A DNA stretch of 64,000 bases from Geosiphon pyriformis uo1. Lineage: Eukaryota > Fungi > Glomeromycota. The stretch covers positions 314,108 to 378,107 of the forward strand of contig JAAOMT010000283.1 in the NCBI GenBank assembly GCA_016748015.1. Reading direction: 5' to 3'. Within the stretch, counting starts at the first letter, position 1; each line of letters starts with the position of its first letter. The position numbers and the translations under genes are program-made. Below are positions 1 to 10,898 of the stretch, one piece after another. The notes beneath the pieces were generated by a model. It worked only from the letters and a program-made list of their open reading frames with translations, was not told the DNA's origin and did not search any database.

Positions 1-111
1 CCATACTTATTCAATTTGCTTATTGAAGTTGAAATTCTTTTGATTATTTCTATGACCCTACAATCTTGTTCTCCCTTGCTATTTATTAGCTTGTTACTCC
101 AACCCATAACA
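1..111 (+). repeat. 3' end of an LTR-A long terminal repeat (runs off the window)
   Basis: Matches the end of the other LTR-A copies (…ttagcttgttactccaacccataaca). It is followed by 'atat' and gag-pol sequence of another copy, not by a PBS. Confidence 0.85.
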
Positions 112-1260
112 ATATTATCTTTGGCCAATTAATAACCAATTCACAGTTCAAAAAAAATCTTTGCAAATCCTTGATTCCTAAGAAAAAAACACCAAAAACC
201 ATTAAGTATTCTCACCAAGCTGAACTTGTTGACAACAGCAATGTTACTTCTATAATTTACAAAACCCAAGTAGCTGAATACTTTATTAATCTAATCTTAA
301 ATAGTAAATTATCTGTAAGTATTATTGCCAAACATTTCTTGGAAGCAATTGATAGAAAAATTAATAAACCCTCAACCAAATTTATAATTAATGTGTATGG
401 TAACAAAAAAAAAAGCTTGGCATAGCCAAAGCTGTTCCTATTTACATCAATGGCATTAGTATTGAAACTAACATAGAGGTTTCTAAAGCCAAAGAATACA
501 CTATTATTGTTGACAATAAATAACTTAAAAAAGCAAAAGTCTTACTTAATTATAAACTCTGTGAACTAATCATAAGATGTAAAAAAAAAATCCATTGTGG
601 TTAAATATTATCATTGGACAACTCTTCCAATATTTAAGCAAGATTTAGAAAAAAAACAATCAAATGAATCAGATAATAAAAAAATAAAGAAGAAAAAGAA
701 CAAAAAAAAACTGCTAAACTTGCTTACACTATTTTTACCAGCAATGGCAAGTTTTTGGACAATATTAAAACTGACAAAGAAAAAATTATTGTAAATGACA
801 AGCTAATTTGTTGGTTATACTATAACATACTCAGAAAAATTTTTAACAAAAAGCCTGGCAAAAAAGCCAAATACAGTTATTAGTGACATGGTTTTTTGTG
901 CCTGGTATTAGTGTAATAAGCCATTGTATTCTTCCAGTAATAAATACAAATCCTGCTTAATTTAATACAAGAATTGAAAATTTATTAGTCTAATATTCAG
1001 AGAAAAAATCAAAGAAGTACAAAAGTTCTTTGAGAATAAACTACCAAAGATAGAGTTATTAATAATAAAGCAAAAAAAACTCTTTTCAGAAAAAAAAAAT
1101 AGACATTGAAAATTTGTTGGCTAGAAACAGCCCAATTATTTCAAAAGAAGATAATACTCTTGAATATACTCATGTAATACAATACATTATCACTATTAAA
1201 AAAACTTGTTCTATTTATTTGAAGCCTTATTAGTCCAATTACCATAATAATAAATTTATT
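112..1260 (+). pseudogene. pol: Degenerate LTR-A pol fragment (aspartic protease and PR-RT spacer)
   Basis: ORF 171..425 (LILNSKLSVSIIAKHFLEAI) aligns to the LILDSGSSVSVIA protease of other copies; many stops and frameshifts. Confidence 0.85.
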
Positions 1261-3265
1261 AAAATTTTTATAACCACAATAAGAGCTAAGAGTAGAAAAG
1301 TTGCAAACATTACTTTTTCTATAGTAACTAATAAAGTTTTAACATGAAAAGATCTCTTTATTATTAAAACAGCTAAACAAAACATTCTGGCTACATTTCT
1401 TTTAAAAAACATTAATAAAAAGCTGTTTTTAATAGCTTCTGGTTTATTTTTTTTACCTTTGGCTGGAAGTTCTTTTCTTGTCAAAGTTTTTTAAAAAGAC
1501 ACACTTTGGTTAATTCCAGTATTGTTTTTATTACTTCTAAAAACCCAAAGATTTTTAATAACAGACCAGTTTTTAAGTTGGTCTTTTCTGTTCTTACCAC
1601 TCTTATTATTACTACTACTACTACTACTATTATTGCTTTGCAAATAGCTGAAAAAGCCAAAAAATTTAAAAAACAGCAGTAGATTCTCACAACTGCTATA
1701 GTTATACTGAATTTTTTGTGGTTTCAGATAAGATCTCAGAAAAGATCTTCACAACAGCAGTCAGTTTTTTTTCTGATATAGATGACAACAGCAACAGCAT
1801 ATTTCTCAAGATAAGACAAGATTAACTACTGGCTGTATTGCTTAATGTGGTACTTTTCAGTAAATTATTACTTATTATAAAACAAAACAGTTTATCACTT
1901 TAAAAGATCTTAAAGATTGGGCTAATCAAATAGAAATAAAATTAACTGCTTTTCTTCCAGTTTCTGGCACTGCTAAAAGTGATGCTTGAGTGAATGTAAA
2001 TAGTCACCAAAAGTTCTTTGGATAAGTGGCCTCCACTCTAGTGCCTGGTGCTATATTTAAGATTAAAATGGCTCTGTTTAGTTCTTTGTTTCAGTTGCTG
2101 CCTAGTTGTATTGGGCTTAAATCTGTTTTACAAGATGCTGTCAAATTGTTCTGTATAGAATTTGCATCTCAGAAAAGTCTAAATAGTGCCACTAAAGTAG
2201 CTATTGGTAATGAAGTTTTTTTAACTACTCTTAAGATTGCATGATTTTCTGATATGATCTTTGTTTTTTCTTCTTTTCTGTTAGTTGTATTTTATAATAT
2301 ATTTTTGGATATTTCTTTTAATAATATTAAAGCTGCTTTTGGCATTTTTAGTGTTGTCATTTTAGTCAAATTGAAGCCTACTGGTCTGTGGCAATATGTT
2401 GTAGTTCAATTTAAGAACACTTTTTCTGCTATTGCTGTTTTTACTTATTGATCTGTTCTGGTTAGAAAGAAAAGTATTAGGATTTTTTTGTTGTCAACCA
2501 AAAAAAAGTTATCAAAACTAAGTTGATTAATCTTTCTTTCGGCTGTACTGTTTTTGAAATAAGTGAGTTGGTCTCCTAAATTGGTGGCCAAACATGTTTT
2601 ATTTTCTGCTCTCTTAAATTATATTAATGTTAATGCTTTGCTGTAATTACTTTTGATTTCTTAGAATCTCTGAACTTTGTTGTGTTAAAAACTGGTACTT
2701 TGCATGGTTGTCATATTTGGAAAAAAACTTCTGAATGTTGCCACTGTTACAGATATTAAGACTTGACTTATTTGGCTGTAAACTACAAAATATTACCACT
2801 TATTTTTCTCAAATTCTCTTCTAACTCTGCTAATAGTCCCAAAATATTCAAATCATTATTTACTGAAGCTAAATCTTATGCCAAGACTGCTGTTTTTGTG
2901 GTTTTTTCTGTTGCTACTGCTGTTAATATAAACTTGGCTCTTAGTATTTTCCTCAAAGCTTCAATACTTCTGTTGCCTATTGTTTTTTTTGTTTTTAATA
3001 ATGCTATTGAATCTAGATTGGCTTCTCTGAAATCCCATCTTAGTGAACTTTTTTTGTTGATAAAATCTTTAGTTGAATCTGTTGACTCTTTGATTACATT
3101 GGTTATCAAATTGCTGTTTATTTTACTTACTATAGACATATTAGTAAAAAAAAGTGTGAATGGATTGTTTAAGTAAATTAATGCTGTTAGAAAAAGAAAT
3201 AGTAAACCTAAAAAAAAAGTGTGAATAAGCCTGCTTGGAAAAAGTATCAAATGATGATTATATAG

Positions 3266-3297
<32 letters not shown>

Positions 3298-3454
3298 TAA
3301 GATTTCTCAGTTTATGACAACATCTTTGATATTATGATGCATTTATGGAAAAATTAGCTTTCCAATATTAAATCTAATTCTAATCAGACTGCCAAATAGA
3401 TAAGTAGTTTTATTAAGAATAGTTATAAGCTTGTTAGCATTATGAATAAGATGT
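1261..3454 (+). mobile_element. ORF1-only non-LTR element, old degenerate copy (H1); 3' end cut by LTR-B
   Basis: Collinear with the 27199-29609 copy; heavily C>T/G>A mutated; acidic tail decayed to (AAT)n at ~3268-3296. Confidence 0.85.
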
Positions 3455-3839
3455 TGTTACTAGTAGAATTTTAGCTATTAATTAGCATGAAATTACCCTT
3501 ATAATTCCTATTATTAATTAACATACATTACTATTATTTTAATTATCACTTATTATTTAATCAAATTATCAAATATTATTACTCAATCAATAATCTGATT
3601 TGTACTCTAGAAATTAAGATAATCAAATTACACAATACCCTAAACCATTTAACATAGTCAAAATTTGCCAAAATTAATGAAAATTGGCTGAAATAATTAA
3701 TAGTTCAGTGAAATAACTTGTAAATTCACCAAAATATATCTTTAGTTTACTCAAATTATAGCAAAGAGAAAAGTGCAAGTTCAAAGACTAGTACTACAAC
3801 AAGTTGTATAAAAGAAAAGCTTCTTTCTTCAAGAAAATG
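3455..3839 (+). repeat. LTR-B: 5' part of a second LTR-like repeat
   Basis: Starts TGTTAC; very AT-rich; a reverse-complement homolog lies at 35872-36208/38619-38631; TATA-like gtataaaag near 3806. No internal coding region is seen. Confidence 0.55.
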
Positions 3840-3886
3840 TAGTTCTAGTCATGGTCATAAAATTAAAGAAAGAAAAAGTTTTTTTT
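3840..3886 (-). mobile_element. 5'-terminal fragment of the ORF1-only element (H2)
   Basis: Reverse complement of (A)n-ctttttctttctttaattttATGaccatga, the family's 5' end. Confidence 0.6.
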
Positions 3887-3912
3887 GATGACTCTCCTAA
3901 AAGATAAGCTTA

Positions 3913-4071
3913 TTTTTTTTTTGTTAATGTGTAGCCATGCCAGTTGTTTATTAGTTATGTTCACAAAATTGTGGTGCTTTCATAAAGCCAGCTTACCCAA
4001 TAATACAAAAATTACAAGATGTAGTTAATTACAAACAGAGAGTCTTAACTACATACTAGTACTACCTTTGC
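3913..4071 (-). mobile_element. 3'-UTR plus poly(A) fragment of the ORF1-only element (H3)
   Basis: Poly(T)-gttaatgtgtagccatgcc… is the family's 3' end on the minus strand. Confidence 0.8.
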
Positions 4072-7000
4072 TTTTTTTTTTTGTTAATGTGTAATTATGT
4101 CAGTTATTTATTAGTTAAGTCCACAATAATATGATAGTTTCATAAAGCTAGCTCACCCAATAATACAAAAATTACAAGATGTGGCTAACCACAGGTAGGA
4201 AGCCTTAATTACATGCTAGTACTATCTTTGCTACTTAATATATTAAACATATCTAATTTATACATCTTACTTATAATGCTAACAAGCTTATGACTATTCT
4301 TAACCATATCACTTATCCACTAGCAGTCTGATCAGGATTGAATTTGATACTAAAGAGTTGGTCTTTCCATAAATTTATCATAAGATCAAAAGTGTTATCA
4401 TAAACAGAAAAATCTTTAATATTATCATTATTATCATTATTATTATCATCATCATCTATGTTGTTATTATTTGATACATCTTCCAAGCAGACCTGTTCAC
4501 ATTTTTTTTCAAGGTGTATCATTTTCTTCTATATCATGAAAGTAATAGCAGCAAAGTCTTTATTTTGCTTAACCAATCCAGCCACACTTTCTTTAACAAA
4601 CACATTCACAGCAGGTAGAGCAGACAGCAATTTGGTAACCAAAACAACCAGCATGCCAACAGGTTCAACTAAGGATTTTATTAACAAAGACAGTTCACCA
4701 AGATGGAATTCCAAAGAAGCCAACTTAGCATTAACAGCAACATCAGAACCAAAAGAAACAACAAACAGCAGAGACATAACACTTTTGGAAGGCACCAAAA
4801 TCTGAATCCATATCAACAGCAATAGCAACAAGAGGAACCACATAGGCAGCAGCTTTGGCATAAGATTTAATTCCAGCAAAGAACAACTTAAATATTTTGG
4901 GACCACCAGCAGAATTGGAAAAAATTTTGGAATAGAAAGGTGGTAACATTTTGCAGTCCACAGCCAAATAATCCAATTCTTAACATCTATAGCAGTGACA
5001 ACATCCAAGAGTTTTTCACCAGATATAGCAGCCATACAAGGTACCAGTTTTTGAAACAGCAATGATCAAGAATTCCAAAGAATCAAAGGTAACCACAACA
5101 AAACATTGACATCAGTATGACTCAGAGAAGCAAGAAATGAAACAAATACAGCTACCAACTTGAGAGACTAAATTACTTATCTCAAAAGCAGTGCAGCCAA
5201 ATAAAAGATTGACCAACTTAGCCTTAAAAGCATTTTTTGAAGAAATAGCATTATTTTGGTTGACAACAAAAAAAATCCTAACACTGTCTTTTCTAACTAG
5301 TACAGACCAATAAGTAAGAGCAGCAGCAACAGAAAAAGTGTCTTTGAATTAAACCACAGCATATTGTCATAAACCAGCTGGCTTCAACTTGACTGAAGTA
5401 ACAACACCAAACATGTCAAGAGCAGTTTTGATGTTATCAGAAGAGATACCCAAAGGTACATTGTACAATGCAACTAACAAGAAAAGAGAAAAAACAGAGG
5501 CCACACCAGAAGACCATGCAATTTTAAGAGTGATCAAAAAAATTTCATTACTAATAGCCACTTTGGTAAAATCATTTAGACTCTCCTGAGATGCAAATTC
5601 CATATAGAACAACTTAACAGCATTTTGTGAAACTGACTTAAGCCCAATACAACTAGACAGCAACTAAAACAAAGAACCAAGCAGGACTATTTTGATCTTA
5701 AATGTAGCACTAGGTACTAGATTAGAAGCCACCCAACCAGAAAACCTTTGATGACCATTCATATTCTTCCAAGCCCTACCATTAGCAGCACCAGAAACTG
5801 GGGGAAAGACAGTTGATTCTATTTCTATCTGATCAGTCTAATCTTTGAGATTATCTGAATTGATGAACTGTTTTGCAACTGAGATTGGCAATAATCTGCT
5901 AAAGAGTACCACATTAGGCAACACAGCCAGTGGTTGATCTTGGCCCATCTTGGAAGATGTGCTGCTGCTGTTGCCATTCATATCAGGAAGAAGACTGGCT
6001 GCTGCTGTAGAGATCTTACTAAAAATCTCATCTGGAACCACAAAAGGGTTTAGTGTGACCATAGCAGTTGTGACTGCCTGCTATTGTTTTTTGGAATTTT
6101 TTGCTTTCACAGCTATTTGTGAAGCAGTAGTAGTAGAAATAGTAGTGGGAGCATAAAAAAAAAAACTCTTTCTCTCCTAATTTTCATGACCATGAATAGA
6201 GCTAAAAGTAAAAAAGTTGCAAACATTATTTTTCTTATAGTAACTAATAAAGTTTCAACATGAGAGGGTTTTTCTGTTATTAAAGCAGTTAAACAAAACA
6301 TTCTGGCAACATTTTCTTTAAAAAATATTAGTAAAAAGCTGTCTTTAGTGGCTTCTGGTTCATTTTCTTCTCTTTTGGCTAGAAGTTTTTCTCCAGTCAA
6401 AGTTCCTTCAAAAAGGCACATTTGGGTTAGTTCCAGTATTGTCTCTACCATTTCAAAAAGCCCAAAGATTTTTAATAACAAACCAGTCAACAAATTGGTC
6501 TTTCCTGCTTTTACCACTCCCACTACTACTACTTCTACTACTACTGCTTCACAAATGGCTGCAAAAGCAAAAAATTCCAAAAAACAGCAGCAGATAGTTG
6601 CAACTACTATGGTCACACCAAACCCTTTTGTAGTTCCAGATGAAATCTTTGGTAAGATCTCCACAGCAGCAGCCAGTCTTCTTCTTGATATAAATGGCAA
6701 CAGCAGCAGCACATCTCTCAAGATAGGCCAAAATCAACTACTGGCTGTGTTGTTAGATGTGGTACTCTCTGGCAGATCATTGCCAATTTTTGTAGCAAAA
6801 CAGCTCATCAATTCAGATGACCTTAAAAATTGGACTGATCAGATAGAAATGAAATCAACTGTCTCTCCCCCAGTTTCTGGTGCTGCTAATAGTAGTGCTT
6901 GGAAAAATGTGAATGGTCATCAGAGGTTCTCTGGTTGGATGGCCTCCAATCTAGTACTTGATGCTACATTTAAGATCAAAATGGCCCTGCTTGGTTCCTT

Positions 7001-8965
7001 GTTTCAGTTGCTGCCTAGTTGTATTGGGCTTAAGTCAGTTTCACAAAATACTATTAAATTGTTCTGTGTAGAATTTGCATTTCAAGAGTGTCTAAATAGT
7101 GCCACCAAAGTGGTCATCAGTGATAAAGTTTTTTTGACCACTTTTAAGATTGCACAATTTTCTGGTGTGGTCTCTGTTTCTTTATTTTCCTTGTTAGTTG
7201 TACTGCATGATATACTTTTGGGTACCTCTTCTGATGACATCAAAACTGCTCTTGGCATTTTTGGTGTTGTCACTTCTATGAAGTTGAAGCCTGCAATATG
7301 CTGTGGTTAATTTTAAGGACATTTTTTCTGCTGCTGCTGCTCTCTCTAACTGGTTTGTATTGATCAGAAAAGATAATATTAGGATTTTTCCCATTACCAA
7401 CTAAAAGGAGGTTATCTTCTCAAGAGATATATTCAAAGCTAAGTTGGTCAATTTTCTATTTGGCTGTACTGCCTTTGAGATAAGTAATTTGGTCTTCCAA
7501 GTTGGTAGCCATACATGTTTCATTTCTTGCTCCTCTGAATCTTATCATTATCAATACTTTGCTATGGTTATCTTTGATTCTTTGAAATCTTTAAATGTTG
7601 CTGTGTCAAAAACTGGTACCTTGTATGGTTGTCACATCTGGTGGGAAACTCCTGGATGTTGCTGCTGCTACAAGTGTCAAAACTTGAATTATTTGGCTGT
7701 AGACTGCAAGAAGTTATCTTCTCTTTCAGCCAAACTCTTTTTCACCATCTTTGGTGGCCCCAAAAATCTCAAACCTTCATTTGCTGGATTTAAATTTTAT
7801 GCCAAAGCTGCTGCTTTTGTGGTTTTTTCTGGTGCTGCTGCTGCTGATATGAACTTGGATTTTGGTGGTCTTTCTAAAACTGCAACACTCAAATTGTTTG
7901 CTGTCCCTTTTGTTCCCAATTCTGCTGTTGAATCTAGGTTGGCTTCTTTAGAATCCCATCTTAGTGAACTATCTGTGTTGTTAAAATCTTTAGTTGAACC
8001 TGTTTGTGTTCTAGTTGTATTAGTTACCAAATTGCTGTCTATTTTACCTGCCATGGATGTGTTAATAAGAAAAAGTGTGGCTGAGTTGGCTAAGCAAAAT
8101 AAAGACTTGGCTGTTGTTGCCATCATAATGCAGAAAAAAATAACATGCCTTGAAAAAATATGTGAACGGGTCTGCTTGGAGGATAGATCAGATGGTAATA
8201 ACATGGTTGATGATATTAATGATAATAATAATGAAGATAAAAACTTTTCAGTTTATAATAATACCTTTGATATTATGATGCACTTATGGGAAGATCAGCC
8301 TTCCAGAATCAAATTCAGTCCTAATCAGACTGCTAAGTAGATGAGTGGTATGATTAAAAATAGTTATAAGCTTGTTAGCATTATGAGTAAGATGTATAAA
8401 TTAGATATGTTTAATACATTAGGTAGCAAAGATAGTACTAGTGTATAGTTAGAACTTTCCACTTGTGGTTAACCACATCTTGTAATTTCTGTATTATTGG
8501 GTGAACTGGCTTTGTGAAACCACCACATTACTGTGACTTAACTAATAAACAACCAGCGTGGCTACATGTTAACATAAAAAAAAAAAAAAGTAGTAGTGAA
8601 AGTAGTGAGAGCAGGAAAGACCAAATTGTTGACTGGTCTGTTATTAAAAATTTTTGGGCTTTTTGAAGTGGTAGAGACAACACTAGAACTAACCCAAGTG
8701 TGTCTTTTAAAAAGAACTTTGACTGGAAAAAAACTACCAGCCAAAGGTGAAAAAAATAAACCAGAAGCCACTAAAGGCAGCTTATCACTAATATTTTTTA
8801 AAGGAAATATTGCCAGAACGTTTTGTCTAGCTGCTTCAATAACAGAGAAACTCTCTCATGTTGAAACTTTATTAGTTACTATAGAAAAAGTAACGTTTGC
8901 AACTTTTTTACTCTTAGCTCTATTCATAATTATGAATTTTTAGGAGAGAAAAAGTTTTTTTTTTT
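4072..8965 (-). mobile_element. ORF1-only element H4, split by H5 (pieces 4072-6151 and ~8588-8965)
   Basis: Poly(A) tail at 4072, 5' oligo(A) leader at 8955-8965; the ORF1 pieces rejoin across the H5 TSD. Confidence 0.9.
6152..8587 (+). mobile_element. ORF1-only element H5, nested in H4
   Basis: 5' A-run, ORF1 fragments 6348..7310 and 7444..8340, poly(A). TSD aaatagtagtgggag (6137-6151) / aagtagtagtgaaag (8588-8602). Confidence 0.92.
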
Positions 8966-9633
8966 CTCCTGCTCTTATTTACTGGTCTGTGCTGATTTTG
9001 TTTGTTACATACACTCTATATATATCTACTAAATTCATATGTTGTAACATAGCAACAGTAGGACAAGCTTTGATCTTATTTGTAGCATATGTTTCTTCAA
9101 GTGATTTGGATAACAGGTCTTTATTCAAATCATTTGTAACTATAATTATCTCTTTGTTTTGCACAATGTCTCCCAAAAGTTTCTTGATTTCTTTAGTGAC
9201 TGCTCTCTTAGTAGGCAATTTGAAAGCAAGCATGTACAGTCCTACTATGTGCACATTGATTCTACCTCTAAATTTCAACCCCAAATGTAACAGCCTCCCA
9301 TAATATCCCTTAATTGTTTCTATATGGTGTATCCAACATTTTTTGACCAGTATACCAACACCAGTTCCCATTTGTTTCTCTGTGCTTAACTCCCAAAAGG
9401 CATGATATTCATTAGAGCCAAAAAATACACCTTTTTCTTTTATTGGAGTCATTTTAGTTTCTGTAACAATCATAAAGTCAAATTGTTCCTCAATAACTCA
9501 GCATAGCACCTCTTCAATTTTACCAGGATTATTAAGCCCTCTAACATTAACAGTACCAATTTTCCAAGTGTTGTTATTAAAGTATTTCTGTTCTATATTG
9601 GAATTAAATATGCTACACATTATCTGTTTCCAT
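8966..9633 (-). pseudogene. LINE ORF2 N-terminus: APE-type endonuclease, truncated
   Basis: WKIGTVNVRGLN…IVTETK…GTGVGILV…IVGLYM…IIVTNDLN are canonical L1/APE motifs; there is an in-frame stop and no RT in the window. Confidence 0.88.
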
Positions 9634-10192
9634 AGATTTAGATTCTTCAGCAGTAGAACTGTTCCAGCTACTCTGTTTTTTCATTTGCTTCAATAATTCT
9701 AGAATGGGTTTCAATGTTTTTTTGATTTTTTTGATTTCAAATTTTGGGTTGTATGCCTCTTTTTTTGCTGCTGAAATAGATTTAAATGTATTACTTTAGC
9801 TTGGTAATCTATTCTCCATCTCTTTTTTTTCTTTTAAGGTGTTACTTGGCTGTTAAGTAACTATTACTTCTTTTTTTTCTTTATTGTTACTCCAAGTTTG
9901 GCAGCAACTGCACTCAGCAGTTTTGCTATTTCATCAACCTGCTGTCTCAATTCATTAATTTCAGCCTTCCATGGTTGGTTGACTCTCTTTTTTGATCATT
10001 CTTCTCTATTGTTTACTTGTAGACCAGGTTTCTGAGTACTGTTTGAATTGGTGTTGTTCTAATTATGGGGCAGTCTAAGTGCAGCCATTTCAGCATATGA
10101 TCTTTCACTAAAGGCCTTGATGTTTTCCTTTGGAACATTCTTCTTAACATACAGCTTTGCCAACCTAATATTGTTGGTAACTTTTTTGGTAT

Positions 10193-10846
10193 TATTATGG
10201 TTGAAACTTATACTTCTTATTAATTATCACATGTATTAGCCACTAATGTCATATAAATTAGCCACTCTATTTTTAGTAAGTGATTATTGATCTGATTATT
10301 GATCTAATCATTGACCACTTCTGATAGCTATATAAGTGATGAATCTTTTAACTATAGAAAAGTATGAAAAAATTAAAGAAATAAAATAAATAAAATAACA
10401 CTTTCATCTCAATTCTTCTCTTATTGCTAATTTCTCTTTTCCTACTTTCAAGTATCTGAACATCTTAAAGATAAAAGATTACTTGTTGGTTATTCCTTAC
10501 CCTTTTTCTGAAATATGTAATTACAGTATTTGAAGATTATTGAATAAAATGTGACTGAAGAGCACATCAGATACTTAATATTGAATTCTAAGAGCACTGA
10601 TATGAGACATAGAATTATACCAAGTGTGATCATTTGTTGACAGTACGAACTATCTCTCTACCTTTAGATTCTCTGGTTATTTTTGAAAAGTATAGCAACT
10701 AAGATATTTTATGAGACTAATCTCGCACATTGAATCCATACTTATTTAATTCACTCTTTGAAGTTGAATTTCCTTTAATTATTTCTATCACTCTACAATT
10801 CTGTTCTCCCTTGCTATCCATTAGATTGTTACTTTAATCTGTAACA
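10193..10846 (+). repeat. 5' LTR of A1
   Basis: t[g>a]ttatgg…gtaaca termini; TATA box tatataa at 10329-10335; aataaa cluster at ~10380-10395. Confidence 0.92.
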
Positions 10847-10852
10847 TAAAAG

Positions 10853-10869
10853 TGGTGCTCCCTGTGAGG
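10853..10869 (+). promoter_or_regulatory. Primer-binding site TGGTGCTCCCTGTGAGG (tRNA 3'-end complement; elongator Met or Ile-UAU type)
   Basis: 6 nt after the LTR end; also at 35173-35189(-), 48338-48354(-) and 53974-53990(+). The complement CCTCACAGGGAGCACCA has the T-stem/acceptor/CCA form of a tRNA 3' end. Confidence 0.85.
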
Positions 10870-10898
10870 TTGTCAAAATCCACTTTGTTTCTTATTGT

